This document shows, piece after piece, positions 36,101 through 48,100 of a DNA stretch of 64,000 nt. The stretch covers positions 53,942,001 through 54,006,000 of the forward strand of contig OZ076409.1 in NCBI GenBank assembly GCA_964187785.1, given 5' to 3'. Numbering within the stretch: the first letter of the stretch is position 1; each line of letters begins with the position of its first letter. The stretch is from Amphiscolops sp. MND2022. Lineage: Eukaryota. Both the position numbers and the translations under genes were made by a program. The notes under the pieces are model-generated. The model did not search any database. It was not told where the DNA came from and saw only the letters and a list, made by a program, of their open reading frames with translations.

Positions 36101-39100
36101 CCAAGTGGTACCCAACTCCCGAGACGTGCAGTGAGCCAGACAAACTCAACGCAATTGAGCGACGGATTTATGATGAGATTCTGGCACTGCGAGAGCTCGA
36201 GAAGCTTGACCCGTCCCAATCCGATGAACAACGGATGAACTTCCTGAAGAACTTCAACTGGGACGACTCGCTTCTTACTCCGTCTCAACGGTTACAGGTA
36301 GAGGAGTTGCTGGTAAAGTACAACTCCATTTTTGCTAGACATCGTTTTGATATTGGCATGAACACTGATTTTAAAGTTGAGCTAACACCACAACATGAAG
36401 AACCTGTTTGTTCACAAAGTCTCCCTACTCCGACAAATTTGAAGGACGATTTGCTCGTGGAGTTAGCTTTAATGCAAGAGTACGGGATTATAACTACTTT
36501 GCCTCACAGCAAATACTCTTCCCCAATATTTGCTCAGCGTAAACCTAATGGTAAATTGAGGATTTTAGTTGACTTGAGAAGAATAAACCACCTGATCAAA
36601 AATGATTACGGTGAGCACAATCATCCCGTAACAACAATTGCTGACGCTGCCCAACACATGGCCGGGAAAAAGTACTTCTGCAAACTTGATTGTTCCCAGG
36701 CCTACCATTGCATTCCAATGGCCGATGAGCAATCTGTCCAACTGTTATCGTTTAATTTTGGATCTAGAACTTTTGCATTTTTACGTCTAGCACAAGGTCT
36801 TAATCGTTCTTTGTCAGCATTTACAGGAGTAATCCGTGAGTATTTGGACCCCTTGGTCAAAGCGGACCGCTGTGCCCAATATGTTGACGATATTGGAATT
36901 GCAGCACACTCACCCGAAGAATTGATTACCAACCTTGAACTTGTTTTTCAACAATTGCACAAAGCTGGTCTTAAACTTAGCATGAGTAAATGTGAATTTG
37001 GACAAAAACAAATTGAGTACTTGGGAAAAACCATTTCTAGCACTGGTATTGCTCCCATTGAAAAACGCGTAACAGACTATTTAACCAAGTTGAAACCCCC
37101 CAATTCAGTGAAAGCGTTGCAACGTTATCTTGGTTTTGTAAACTTTTACAGGTCTTACATTCCCCGTCTAGCTGATAAAACTTGTTGTTTACAGGAACTC
37201 ATCAAGAAAGACGTCCCTTTCAAGTTGAACCAACAACATAAAGATGCTATTTTTGAAATTAATGAAAGTTTGTTAAAAGCAACAAAAGTGTCTCTGAAAT
37301 TGCCACTACCAGATAAACAACTGGTAATCATGTGTGACGCCAGCGAACACGCTGCAGGCTATGTGTTGTTAATCGAGGATTATGCAGACCCGTCAGTCAA
37401 ACATACATACGCCCCTGTTGCATTTGGCTCTAAGAAATTTCAGGGCGGCCAGATGTCTCTAACAATGTATGCCAAAGAGTTTTTAGCTATGCACTTTGCC
37501 TTCGATGAATTTGGCCACATTTTGTGGGGTGCGAAAAAACCCATCATTGTTATGACTGACAATAAGGCCTTGACTAGATTTTTCCAGGCGAAACATATCC
37601 CGCCTTCACTTTGGAATTTTTGCGATCAAACCCTTCAGTTCAATTTTCTATTAGCACATGTTCCAGGAGTTGAAAATCCCGCAGCGGATTACTTATCTCG
37701 GCTTGAGATTAGACCTGAAGATCGTGTACATTTAAAATTGACTGATACTATTCCAATTCACAGGATCGAGATCGACATCGCCTCCCGTACACCAAAACAG
37801 GAGGAGGACGAGCCTGATTACTTCCCCGCGAGCGAACCACTCAGATGCAAACGCCAGAAGGATGTCAAAGAGATGAAATTGGCAACTGGCACTGACGTGG
37901 CTCATGACGATGGGAAAGGGATGAAGTTCACCAACTGTGAGAGAACAGCGGCCTCAGATGACTTCGCGACTGACAACCATCTGACGTACCGCCTCACAGA
38001 CGTGGACGAGCCGATTCAACTCTCGCAATTCATCCGTAAAGTATCATTATCACACCCGGTAATGAGTCAGGTTAGCCCCGCCGAGGGGATCGATCTAATT
38101 CAGGTCCAGAAAAATAACTGGGTGATCCAAAAAATGATTAGATTTTTAGAAGGTACTGAAATTTTGCAACACCCAGTTAATATGCAAGACCAGTTTTTTC
38201 AAAAGTTGTACAAAAATCGAAAACGCCTACAAGTTGTAAACGGTGTCTTGTACAGACAGTTTTTTGATCACACGGGACTAGAGTCTCACAAGCAGTTAGT
38301 CGTTCCTGAAGACTGTATTTTGAAAATAATTAGGACTCTACATAACAGCCCGGTACAAGGACACCCTGGTTTAAAGAAAATGTTGTATGAACTTCGTAAA
38401 AGATATTACTCTCCTAACTTAGCCTGTAAAGTTCAAAAGGTCCTTGACGGATGCGAAAACTGCATGAAGTCTAAAAGTGTAAAAGAAACACAACTTCGTC
38501 CACCGTTACAAAAAATCTACGACCCGTGCGACGGACCAGAAGACCTGTTGGAAATAGACATCGTTGGTCCACTCCCGGCATCGAACGGTTTTACACACAT
38601 TCTGACGGCTGTTGACGTTTTTTCTCGCTACCTGTTCGCCGTTCCGCTGAAGAGACCTGATACACATTCCGTAGTCAGAGGATTACTGTCGATCTTCACA
38701 AAACATGCGTATGTGCCCAAACACATTCTGACGGACAAGGGCACGGCGTTTACGGCTGAACTTCTGTCTGAAATCGCGAAAGCGGCTGACATTCACATCT
38801 CCCATGCCACGATAAAGCACGCGCAGACAATAGGCATGGTGGAGAGAACGCACGCGAAATTGAAAAAGATCCTTAAAATTAGTATAAACGCAGACAGACC
38901 ACAATGGGACCGCTATGTCGACATAGCAATCATGGCCCATAACACGACGTATCATGATTCACTGAAATGTTCACCAACTGAAATTTTCCACGGAAGAACA
39001 CCATACAACTCACTAGATCTGCAATTCAGAAACGCAAACAAACCGGCTGAAACAAAGTGCAAGGACGTGAACGAAATTCTAGACAAAATGAATTTTATCT

Positions 39101-42100
39101 TCAGAGACAATCTAGATAACATCATTTCCGCCTATCACAAGTACAAAACGTACTATGATAGAAAAGCACGAGCTCAGCCACTGAAGGTGAATGAATTTGT
39201 GTTCCTACTAGATCCTAAGTACGACTCTCAGAGAAGCAAAGAAGAGTTTAAAACTTTCCATTGGAAAGGACCGTACAAGGTGATTAAAGTGCTATCCGAT
39301 AGCAACTATATCATCCGCAAAGTAGGCACACACCAAACTCAGTGCGTACATCGCATGCGACTGAGATTGTTCAAACCGGAATTTCCGATTGATGACATCA
39401 ACGTGTCCAAACATCTTTACCCGGACACTGAAAGGGTTGAAGATACGGACATATTCGATTCGAATATTCCGACAACCGACGAAGTAGATCAGAACGAGAA
39501 CGACAATATAGATCAAGACTTAGTCGAAGATGAACCTTCAGCAGAAATAGTTCCACCAGTACAAGAGCGACACAGTCCACAAGTATTTCCACCAGAAATA
39601 ACCACGAGAATAGAATATCAACAAGTAGAAACTGACCACAACAACTTTAGACCACCTATAGTTAGATTTGGAACGCGAGAAGAAATTATTCTACCGCCTC
39701 CCCGCGATGAGAGTAGGATAAGAGTACCTCTGAGAGACGAACAACACGAAAATCAGTCACAACAGCCAAACACGCAAAACGAAGATGAAGAAAGGATGAG
39801 TTCTAGACCGTCTAGATCAAATCAAAGTAGGTACAGGTTACGTGAGAACCCTACACCGAAAACGTATCCAGACTTCCTCATTCATGAGATTACTTCAGCT
39901 AGAAACGCACTGAGAAAGACCAACAAAATAGACGTACCGATTTAGCCAAGAAAAGTCTCACTTTAAATCTGAGATGTGTTACGGATGAACAAATCACAGA
40001 AACGAACGAATTACATGCAATTTTAACTTAAAAAACACATGAAGATGTAAAATGGATGAAAAGTTACTAAAAATCACATGAAAAACGCATACAAACAAAA
40101 CGCGATGTAAAACGGATGGAAAACGATCAAAAAACCAGGAAAAACAACACACAAAAATTTGAGATGAAAAAAGGATGAAACCACATGAAAATTTAGCTCA
40201 GACACACGAGAGATGAAAAAGTGATGAACTCAGTCAAGATTTCGACTAATCTACATGCAACATTTACTAGCGATGCATTTGAGATGGTAAATACCATCAG
40301 AATGCAAACGCACCCACGTTCATGCTATCATAAGACTCTAGCTCGGCTAGAGGATGAAATAGCGATGAACTTGAAACAATTATTCATAAAATACATGAAA
40401 TCAATCAACAAGATGAATTTGTGATGGACACTACCATCAAATCGTGACCGAATTTATCGTTAACCGGACACAATACTCTAGCTTCGCTGGAGGATGTCAA
40501 AACGATGAATTTAGTCTAAATGGAAATTCGAAAATATTAAATGACTTACCAACACCTCCTTGTGATGGGAAACACCATCAACATAACATCACAATAAATC
40601 AGCTAATTCTCAAACAACATGTAACTCCACGAAACGATAAAAAACAACCGACCTTATTCCGAATCATGCAACGAAATTATGCGACACAAAAATGAAATGA
40701 TCAATACATGTAAAGTTCAAAGACCTGCCAAATCAATGACGTCACGAAAGCAATTAACAATTCCAAACTACATGCAATACAAATGAGCAACGCACGGAAA
40801 TATACATGTACCGTTCAAAAATGAATGAGATAATATATGCAATTCACACCAAAACCATCCGAACCTAGACGAATAAAAATGAAACAAACAAACGAAAATA
40901 CATGAAGTCTACTAACTTACATGCAAAATATAAGAACTGACGAAACACCTACAAAACTAATAAAGGAGTGAGCACCACCCCAGTAAACATCAGCTCATAA
41001 CATACAAAACACCCCTATCGAAAAGCTAAAAACATTCCTTCGTGCTGGCTGGCATTTCTCTGAAAAGAGTGCTGGTTAGTTGAGGCGGGGAGCTCACAAC
41101 CATATTCGGATGAAGCTTGCTGCGTTGGTTATCCAGCGGCTAGTGGATTCTCAGTTAGTTTTGTAGGGGCTTTGTGACGACAAAGCCCTGTCCAAATGAA
41201 CGAAAATAAAATTAAAAAACATGAAACTAACACCGAACATATAACGACATGTCAATAATGGGGCAACCCATTTAAAAGAACACATCATGTAACAATCCAT
41301 ACATGCAAATACAAGAAACAGATAGTCTAAAACTGGACACATGCATAACCGTAGTTGTCAATCATATTAATTGATCGGACTGACCGTCAAATGGACAAAC
41401 CCATTTCGACGAATAATGGCAAACAACCAACCGAAAAAATGACATATAGACTATATATAGCCCGAAACTACGAGATTCCATTCATCTGAAAGGAGCGGAG
41501 CAGCTCCACTCACCCAGCTCTGGACTGAAGCCACTAGTACCTCGCACGCCTACAGGCTATCAGTACCACTGCTGAGTGAACCTATTTTCGACTGCCACGC
41601 AAGCGGCGGTCACCAGAATTCGAACTAAAAATACATGCTATGACGTTCCGAAGATGACAAATTAGAAAAATGACGACGATGATCAAAACACATGTACCAT
41701 AAAATTCATGCAAATTCAAAAACACGACAAACGGTTATAACCGTATAACGCTAAAATACATGAAGAAAATACTTCGAAACACCGCAATATTAATAAAAAT
41801 TTCCCCCAGACATGCAAAATGCAACCCCCGATTACGTTATAGCCAAATAACATCGAAAACACGCAAAAATTCATACATTTCAAAACCACGATGAAAAGAA
41901 GATGAACTATACAGCAAAATGAGCAAAAACTTGCCAAGTCAAACTTGCGATGCAAAAACGATGAATTACACCAAAAAACTAGCAAAAATGCAAAAATTCA
42001 AAGGCAAGATGAAAAAACGATGAACTATGTAGAAAAATCACATGTAACAAACATGCAACGAATCGCATATAACAAACGATGTAAAAAAGATGAAAAATCA

Positions 42101-45100
42101 CTTTTCGCGACGTCGCTCGGCCGACCGAGGAAAACGTGATGAAAATACGATGAGAAATCAAAATCGAAGCATTACTGAAATATCTTCACATACACGCGAT
42201 GTCCTAAAGGATGAACAACGTTAGAAAAGAACACATAAGCGATGCGAAAAAGACGACAAATGAAAATAGAGACGCTGAGTACTGCGACCTACAAAAGAAC
42301 CCCATTACCGTAAACCTAACCGACCGCTACCTGCACAATTAATCACTAGTATCTCAAGAGAAAAAATATTCGGGCGCCAAATAATTCTTCTGTAAATACA
42401 ACCTGCCACCGATTTTTCCGACGCAGCAGTTACCCCCCCACCACTTGCAGTGGCACATTGACTTGGTCACCCACTAAAACTATACTATAATGTAATATAA
42501 AGCACTACTTCAAGTAAACGAAAAAATGAAATAAAATAATCCACAATCAAAAGTTCAACAGACTAGAATTCTCAAATCTCCGGACTCGGAGCACGTTCTC
42601 CTTCTTCAGTAAATCCTAGCAGTTCGTACAGGGATTGGCGATAATCCTCGGCAGCCACCACACCGACGTCGTCCCATGGCATGTCGTCCGTTACATCAGA
42701 CAGCGTCGTAAATCGTCCAAATGATTCAGCGATTTCCTCCAAGAAAGGTCCACTGACACTCTCGTATCTCCGTATACGATGAGCCTTGAGAAAACTCAGA
42801 ACACTCGAACACACGCTGGTCGTGATGTCACTCCGTAAATGGCCCACACTACCACAAGGTGTTCTCAGCGGCAAGAGTGGACTCTCGTTCAAGCACATTA
42901 GAAACCTGAACAACCGCTGCGCAGATACACCATCACACGCTCGGAGAATTTCGACAGCAGAACTCGCACTATCTGAAGTCACTCCAGTAGCAATCCGCCG
43001 ATAGTTATCCAAGAATACAGGGAAACTTCTATCCATCCGCCTTTTCTCCACAGCGGTGACTCGTCTCAGCTCCATTAGCAACTCAGTAAACTGTGCAACT
43101 TCCGCTGACAAAACATCAGGATCACAAGACAATAGCAGGGCCGGACAGCAAACGCTCAGATGGAAAGTTACCTCTTCTTTCACTCCTCGTACACTCAAGA
43201 ACTCCTCCACGACCATCAACAGAAAGTCTTTCACTAGAATGACATTCCCTTCAAACACGTCAGGGCGCTCGAAACAGTCCAGATGGGCAGCAAACTCCTC
43301 ACGAAGAGAATTTAACTTGGCATCCGAAACCACTAGCCCATTGAGGTCAATGCACAAACAAGCTCGTACATCCAACACGGCAGGAAGATCTGACTCTTCA
43401 ACGACATAGGACAAAATAGTGTGCACGAAGCATGAACTTTCATATGACCAATGTGCAGTCCTCAGTTCGCAGCCACTGAAGCTCCAACGAAAGGTAGTAA
43501 CGACTAAAATCAAACAAAATTTCATTGAGAAGTGTATATAATAGCCCCCCCCCGCTACAAACACCGACAATCAAACCAAACTTCATAGATAAGTGTATAT
43601 AACAGCCCCCCCTACAAAATAGATTACTAAACATTAAACTGTACATACGAGCACGAAACACCAGCGACAAAGCATGAAGACGAAGAGACACACTAGGGTC
43701 ACCACACAGCACAATGTCCAAAGTGTCAGGCACACCAGAATTACCAGGAACCCTCAGTAGCACAACGATGTCCAACCAATTCGTATGGAGCTCTGTCAGT
43801 ACGTCGGGAACATCCCACAGAGTGACCTCTCCCTCCAGTACAGCCTAGAAAAACATCGAGTTGGATAATAACAATTTACCAAGATCCACCACTCGCCCAA
43901 CTTAAAAGCACACGATCTCCAACAAATAAACATGCAATTAGAAACACTGATATAGAACACATATTCACCTGCAATAGTTTCGGACAAGATAGTAGAACGG
44001 CATCATGCACAAAGTCCTTCAGCCTTGTCTGCAAATGATTAAGCAGTGTATGCACATCAACACCGCCCATAACGCGCACACTCGCGTCAACAAGCACTTT
44101 ATTCAGGTCGCTGATCCGCAGAGGAATGAGTGAAACAGCTCCTAGTCCAGAACCCCTCAACAGCGCACGCTCTAGCCTGGGTAACAAACTGCAGTTGACA
44201 CCAATAGGAGAGACCTGCCCCACAGCACAACAGAGCAAGTTGACCATCCAGGAGACCACACGCTGTTCCCATTCTTGCGAGTAATTGAAGGATAGAACCA
44301 CATAACTTGCGAGTCCCTCCACAGTACACACGCTCACGGTGCCCACCACCCTGTCCGCCACAATAGACACACCAAAACTAGTGAACTCGGTCTCAGTCCA
44401 CAAACTCAGTACTCGCCGCATGACATAGGGCCACAACCCCAAAAGGACCACACTCTAAACATAAAAATCGGAATCATTTAAAAGACATTTAGCTCATTTT
44501 CAGGTACACCCCCAACCCAGAATAACAAAAAAATAAAAGAAAAAACGCCCTAATTGTTGATTACTAGTGCACGCAAAACATGAAACATATCATATGACAT
44601 ACAACACATGAAAATATAATAACCAGTACATCAGCCTCTCGACACGCCGAACCAAACAAAACAGCATGCTGGGAATTCGAAGACACCATCAGGTCCCAAA
44701 GATGACGCACACTCGAGAAATCACAGTCGCGATATATAGCATCCACGACCAGGCACACGAACAGCTTCACACTTTCAACCTGTGCACTGTCGCTCGATGC
44801 GCATATGTCGCCCCACACCGATCTGCCAGTCGCCTCAATCTGTAGAGCCTCGATCACGGTCACATTGGGACATGACTCAACTACCGGCACTGCTTCGCCA
44901 GCTAACGTCGTCGTACATACATCGCACTCAGCTTCGGACATGAGCGTCCCATCCCGTTTCCGCAGTGCGAGCCCACGTCGCAATCGCACCAAGCAATCCA
45001 GACGATGATGCCTCATTCCGCGGCAGTGCTCAAGAAATGTCGTTATGCCGCGGCTACCGATCTTTACATCCTGCTTGCAAAGTAGGCACCGCGCGTACGA

Positions 45101-48100
45101 ATCACGTGTCAGGTGATCTTTTGGAAAACCTAACGCCAATCCACAATAAGCATGGTCGAACCACGCTGACTTGAGAACTTTCCTTCCTGAAATAAAAAGA
45201 AAACAAATCTACAAAAATCATCCTTTCAAAACTGAAAAATGAAAATACCACGAAAAACTTCCAAAAAGTCACCCGGAGTGATGAAAAAATGATGTAAAAT
45301 AATATTTTCATCGGGAAATATAAGCGAAAAACGAAGAGAAAACGAAAAGATGAAAACGAGATGTGTTTGCAGACCACCAGAATGGAAATTGAAACCTTTA
45401 AAGACGAAAACTCGAACGATGAAAAAGAGATGTATAGAACGACTTTAAACCAAATTTGAGATATTCTAGAGCGAAAAACAACTTAACGATGAAAAAGAGA
45501 TGTAAACTGAAAAGAAAACACTGAAAGATAGTGAAAACCGAAAACGAGAAATTTTAAAGATGTAAAAGAGATGGAAAGTGGCTAAAATAGTTAGAATGCA
45601 AGACAAAAGAGAAAAACGCCATGTTTGAAAACTTTTTACGATGAGAAAATGATGAAAAAACATAACTTGCAAAATTGAACAGCGGAAAAAACTAAAACGA
45701 TGGAAAATAGATGAAAAAGACGAAAAATCTGAATTGCTAGCAAAAATGAAAAAAAAGGGAAAATGAATGAATGCAGGTACTGATCAGATACTTCACATGT
45801 TTTAAAGCTGTTTAGGTAACCTGGGAGATGGGAAGCAATTGGCTCATCGTCTGAGTCTAGTAGGCTAGGCCCCATCGGAGAAGTTACTGCAAGCTCAAGC
45901 TCCAGATGAAGTGGAACTGTCTCCGAATCAAGTGCGGCAGACGAGGGATCAGCAATCGTGATGCCTGCTGGAGCGTCAGAAAGAGTCCCTGTGCCGATGG
46001 CAGGATCCTCAGGAATGATCGCCTCAGGGTGAACAGAAGCAAAAGTAACAGTCTGATTGGCATCAGGGGTGAGCAGTTCAGTATCATCGACGACTGGAGG
46101 AGAAGCAGACAGGGAAGTCTCCACCTGGGGTTCATAACATGTGGAACCATCAGCAGTCTCAATAACGGCTTGGACCTCCTTGTCCACAGTATCCACACAG
46201 GCATTCAAAGAAGCGTCACTGCAGCAGACGACAGCATTGACACCCGACTCAATTGTAAGTCGGGGACGGCGTGGACTGACAACTGAGAAAGTTCGCTGCA
46301 AAACCGGCGACAACACCGAAACCGGCGTCCACCTGACTGGAGAACTGGTATCGGCGGCAGACAGATCGTTGAGGAACGACGAGACGTTCAGTTGTGGTGG
46401 CCCTCCGGAAGTGTTGACAGTTACGCCCTCGTCTGGGTAGTCACTGGTCCCAATCCCGATCGAATACACGATGGGACGTGGGACAGGCGCATGAATCGGA
46501 GTAGGGCCTACAAAAAATAACACTCAAACAGAAATGGGCCTGAAAAGAAGAAACAGTTACTGGACGACGACGATTAGAGAAGAAAGAGCGCGTACGCCGC
46601 GCGAAGAAAGAAGACCGGAGAAGAATTCATCCAAAACTCATCTTCAGAAATGGGATTCACAGCGAGATCAGTCATGAAGAGCTGTGAATGTTCATGACAC
46701 ATCCTAAATTCATCTTAAAAATGAATTACATGGGTAATCGACCGCAAAGGACACTACATGCAGATGAGATGTTTACATCGGAATCACATCGGAGTGTTCG
46801 GACGATAGCTTAGAGGAGTGAAAAGGAAATTGACAAATTCACTGTACTGCTGGATGCTGTCCCGCAGCATGTCCCGCATGTGGCGGTCATACCACCCGAA
46901 GGTGATGCTGCCCAGGGAGGCATACCAAGGGTAGTGGTCTGAAACACCGAACGAAAAGGGGTAAGCTACTGGACGAAGTAAGGATGAGATATGAGGGATT
47001 CGAAGACTGAACTGAAGAATGGAAGGATAGTACTTACACTGCGGAAGATACGGGACGTTAGGGGCCTGTTCAATTTGCTGCTCGGGTTGATACTGAGGTG
47101 CGTGAGATGCTGCAGGGATCGGAGCCTCTTGAGGCGGAACTGTCTGCAATGTAGTCAGTTCGGAAATTATGCCGACAGAGTGAACGGAGTCCGCTAAAAC
47201 CAAGACACGCCTTCAATTCCTAATTGTTCCCCGGCCCGTTTGTGAAGAAGAGAAAAATAGTGCACTTACTTTCTGTGGCCTCGGTCTCCGGTAACGAATA
47301 GACGGAATTGATATCCGACATCGCGAAGAATTGCAAAAACAATCTGAAAAGAATGGAAGACGGTGAAAGAAGGAAAGAAATCGAAGAAATCCAGGAGCAG
47401 AGAATTTGATCAGTAATTAAATGGCCTGATCAACCATGATTACAGAAGAACAAATTCAATAGAAGATTTCAAAGAGCGCGACGCAGCTTGAATGCCATGT
47501 TAATCAAACACTTGAATTCAGAAGATGAAAAATCGATGAAAATTCTCCGATTTCAAATACTGACATCACTTTTCTTCCCAGTACAACCAACTCAAGCTTT
47601 CTCTGAAAATGGATCGTCCTCTCCTAGGACTTGACAAAAAACTTCAAGTATTTGATTTGTTGACAGCTGCCAGTCTCAGATCAATACCGACGAAGTTGAG
47701 CGGAAACGCGCGAAGGAAATCGTGGCGATTTTCAAACCGACTTGAATGGAGGATGATTTATGGATGAGAATGCGGCTGACAACCGGTTGTAATTTCCTTC
47801 AGTTATAAATTCAGTCTCAACCAATCAGATCGAGCAACAGTTGCTATGGCGACGAATTCATCTCTTTCTCATCCACTCAAAAGTCGAGCAGCGGAAGTAA
47901 CTTTTGACAGTTGCTATGGCGACGATTCATCTTCTTTCCATCGCGAGTAAACAAAGCAAACGGCGCCAGCCATTCCGCTAAACAGCATCGATGTCTCGCT
48001 GAGCAAACAATTCATCGTTCATTCATCCCGACTCGCTGCCAATTTGTCAATGAAGCCAATCGAATTGTTTATTCAGCGTAGGCGTTTTGGAGGGAAACTT

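Noticed and set aside
46575..46810. Extra cargo exons (24-nt microexon 46753-46730, or an LFMTDLAVNP.. terminal exon)
   Set aside because: The microexon is phase-compatible but unsupported, the other paths need introns under 35 nt, and the region holds three non-coding-type dyads. Left out of the model.
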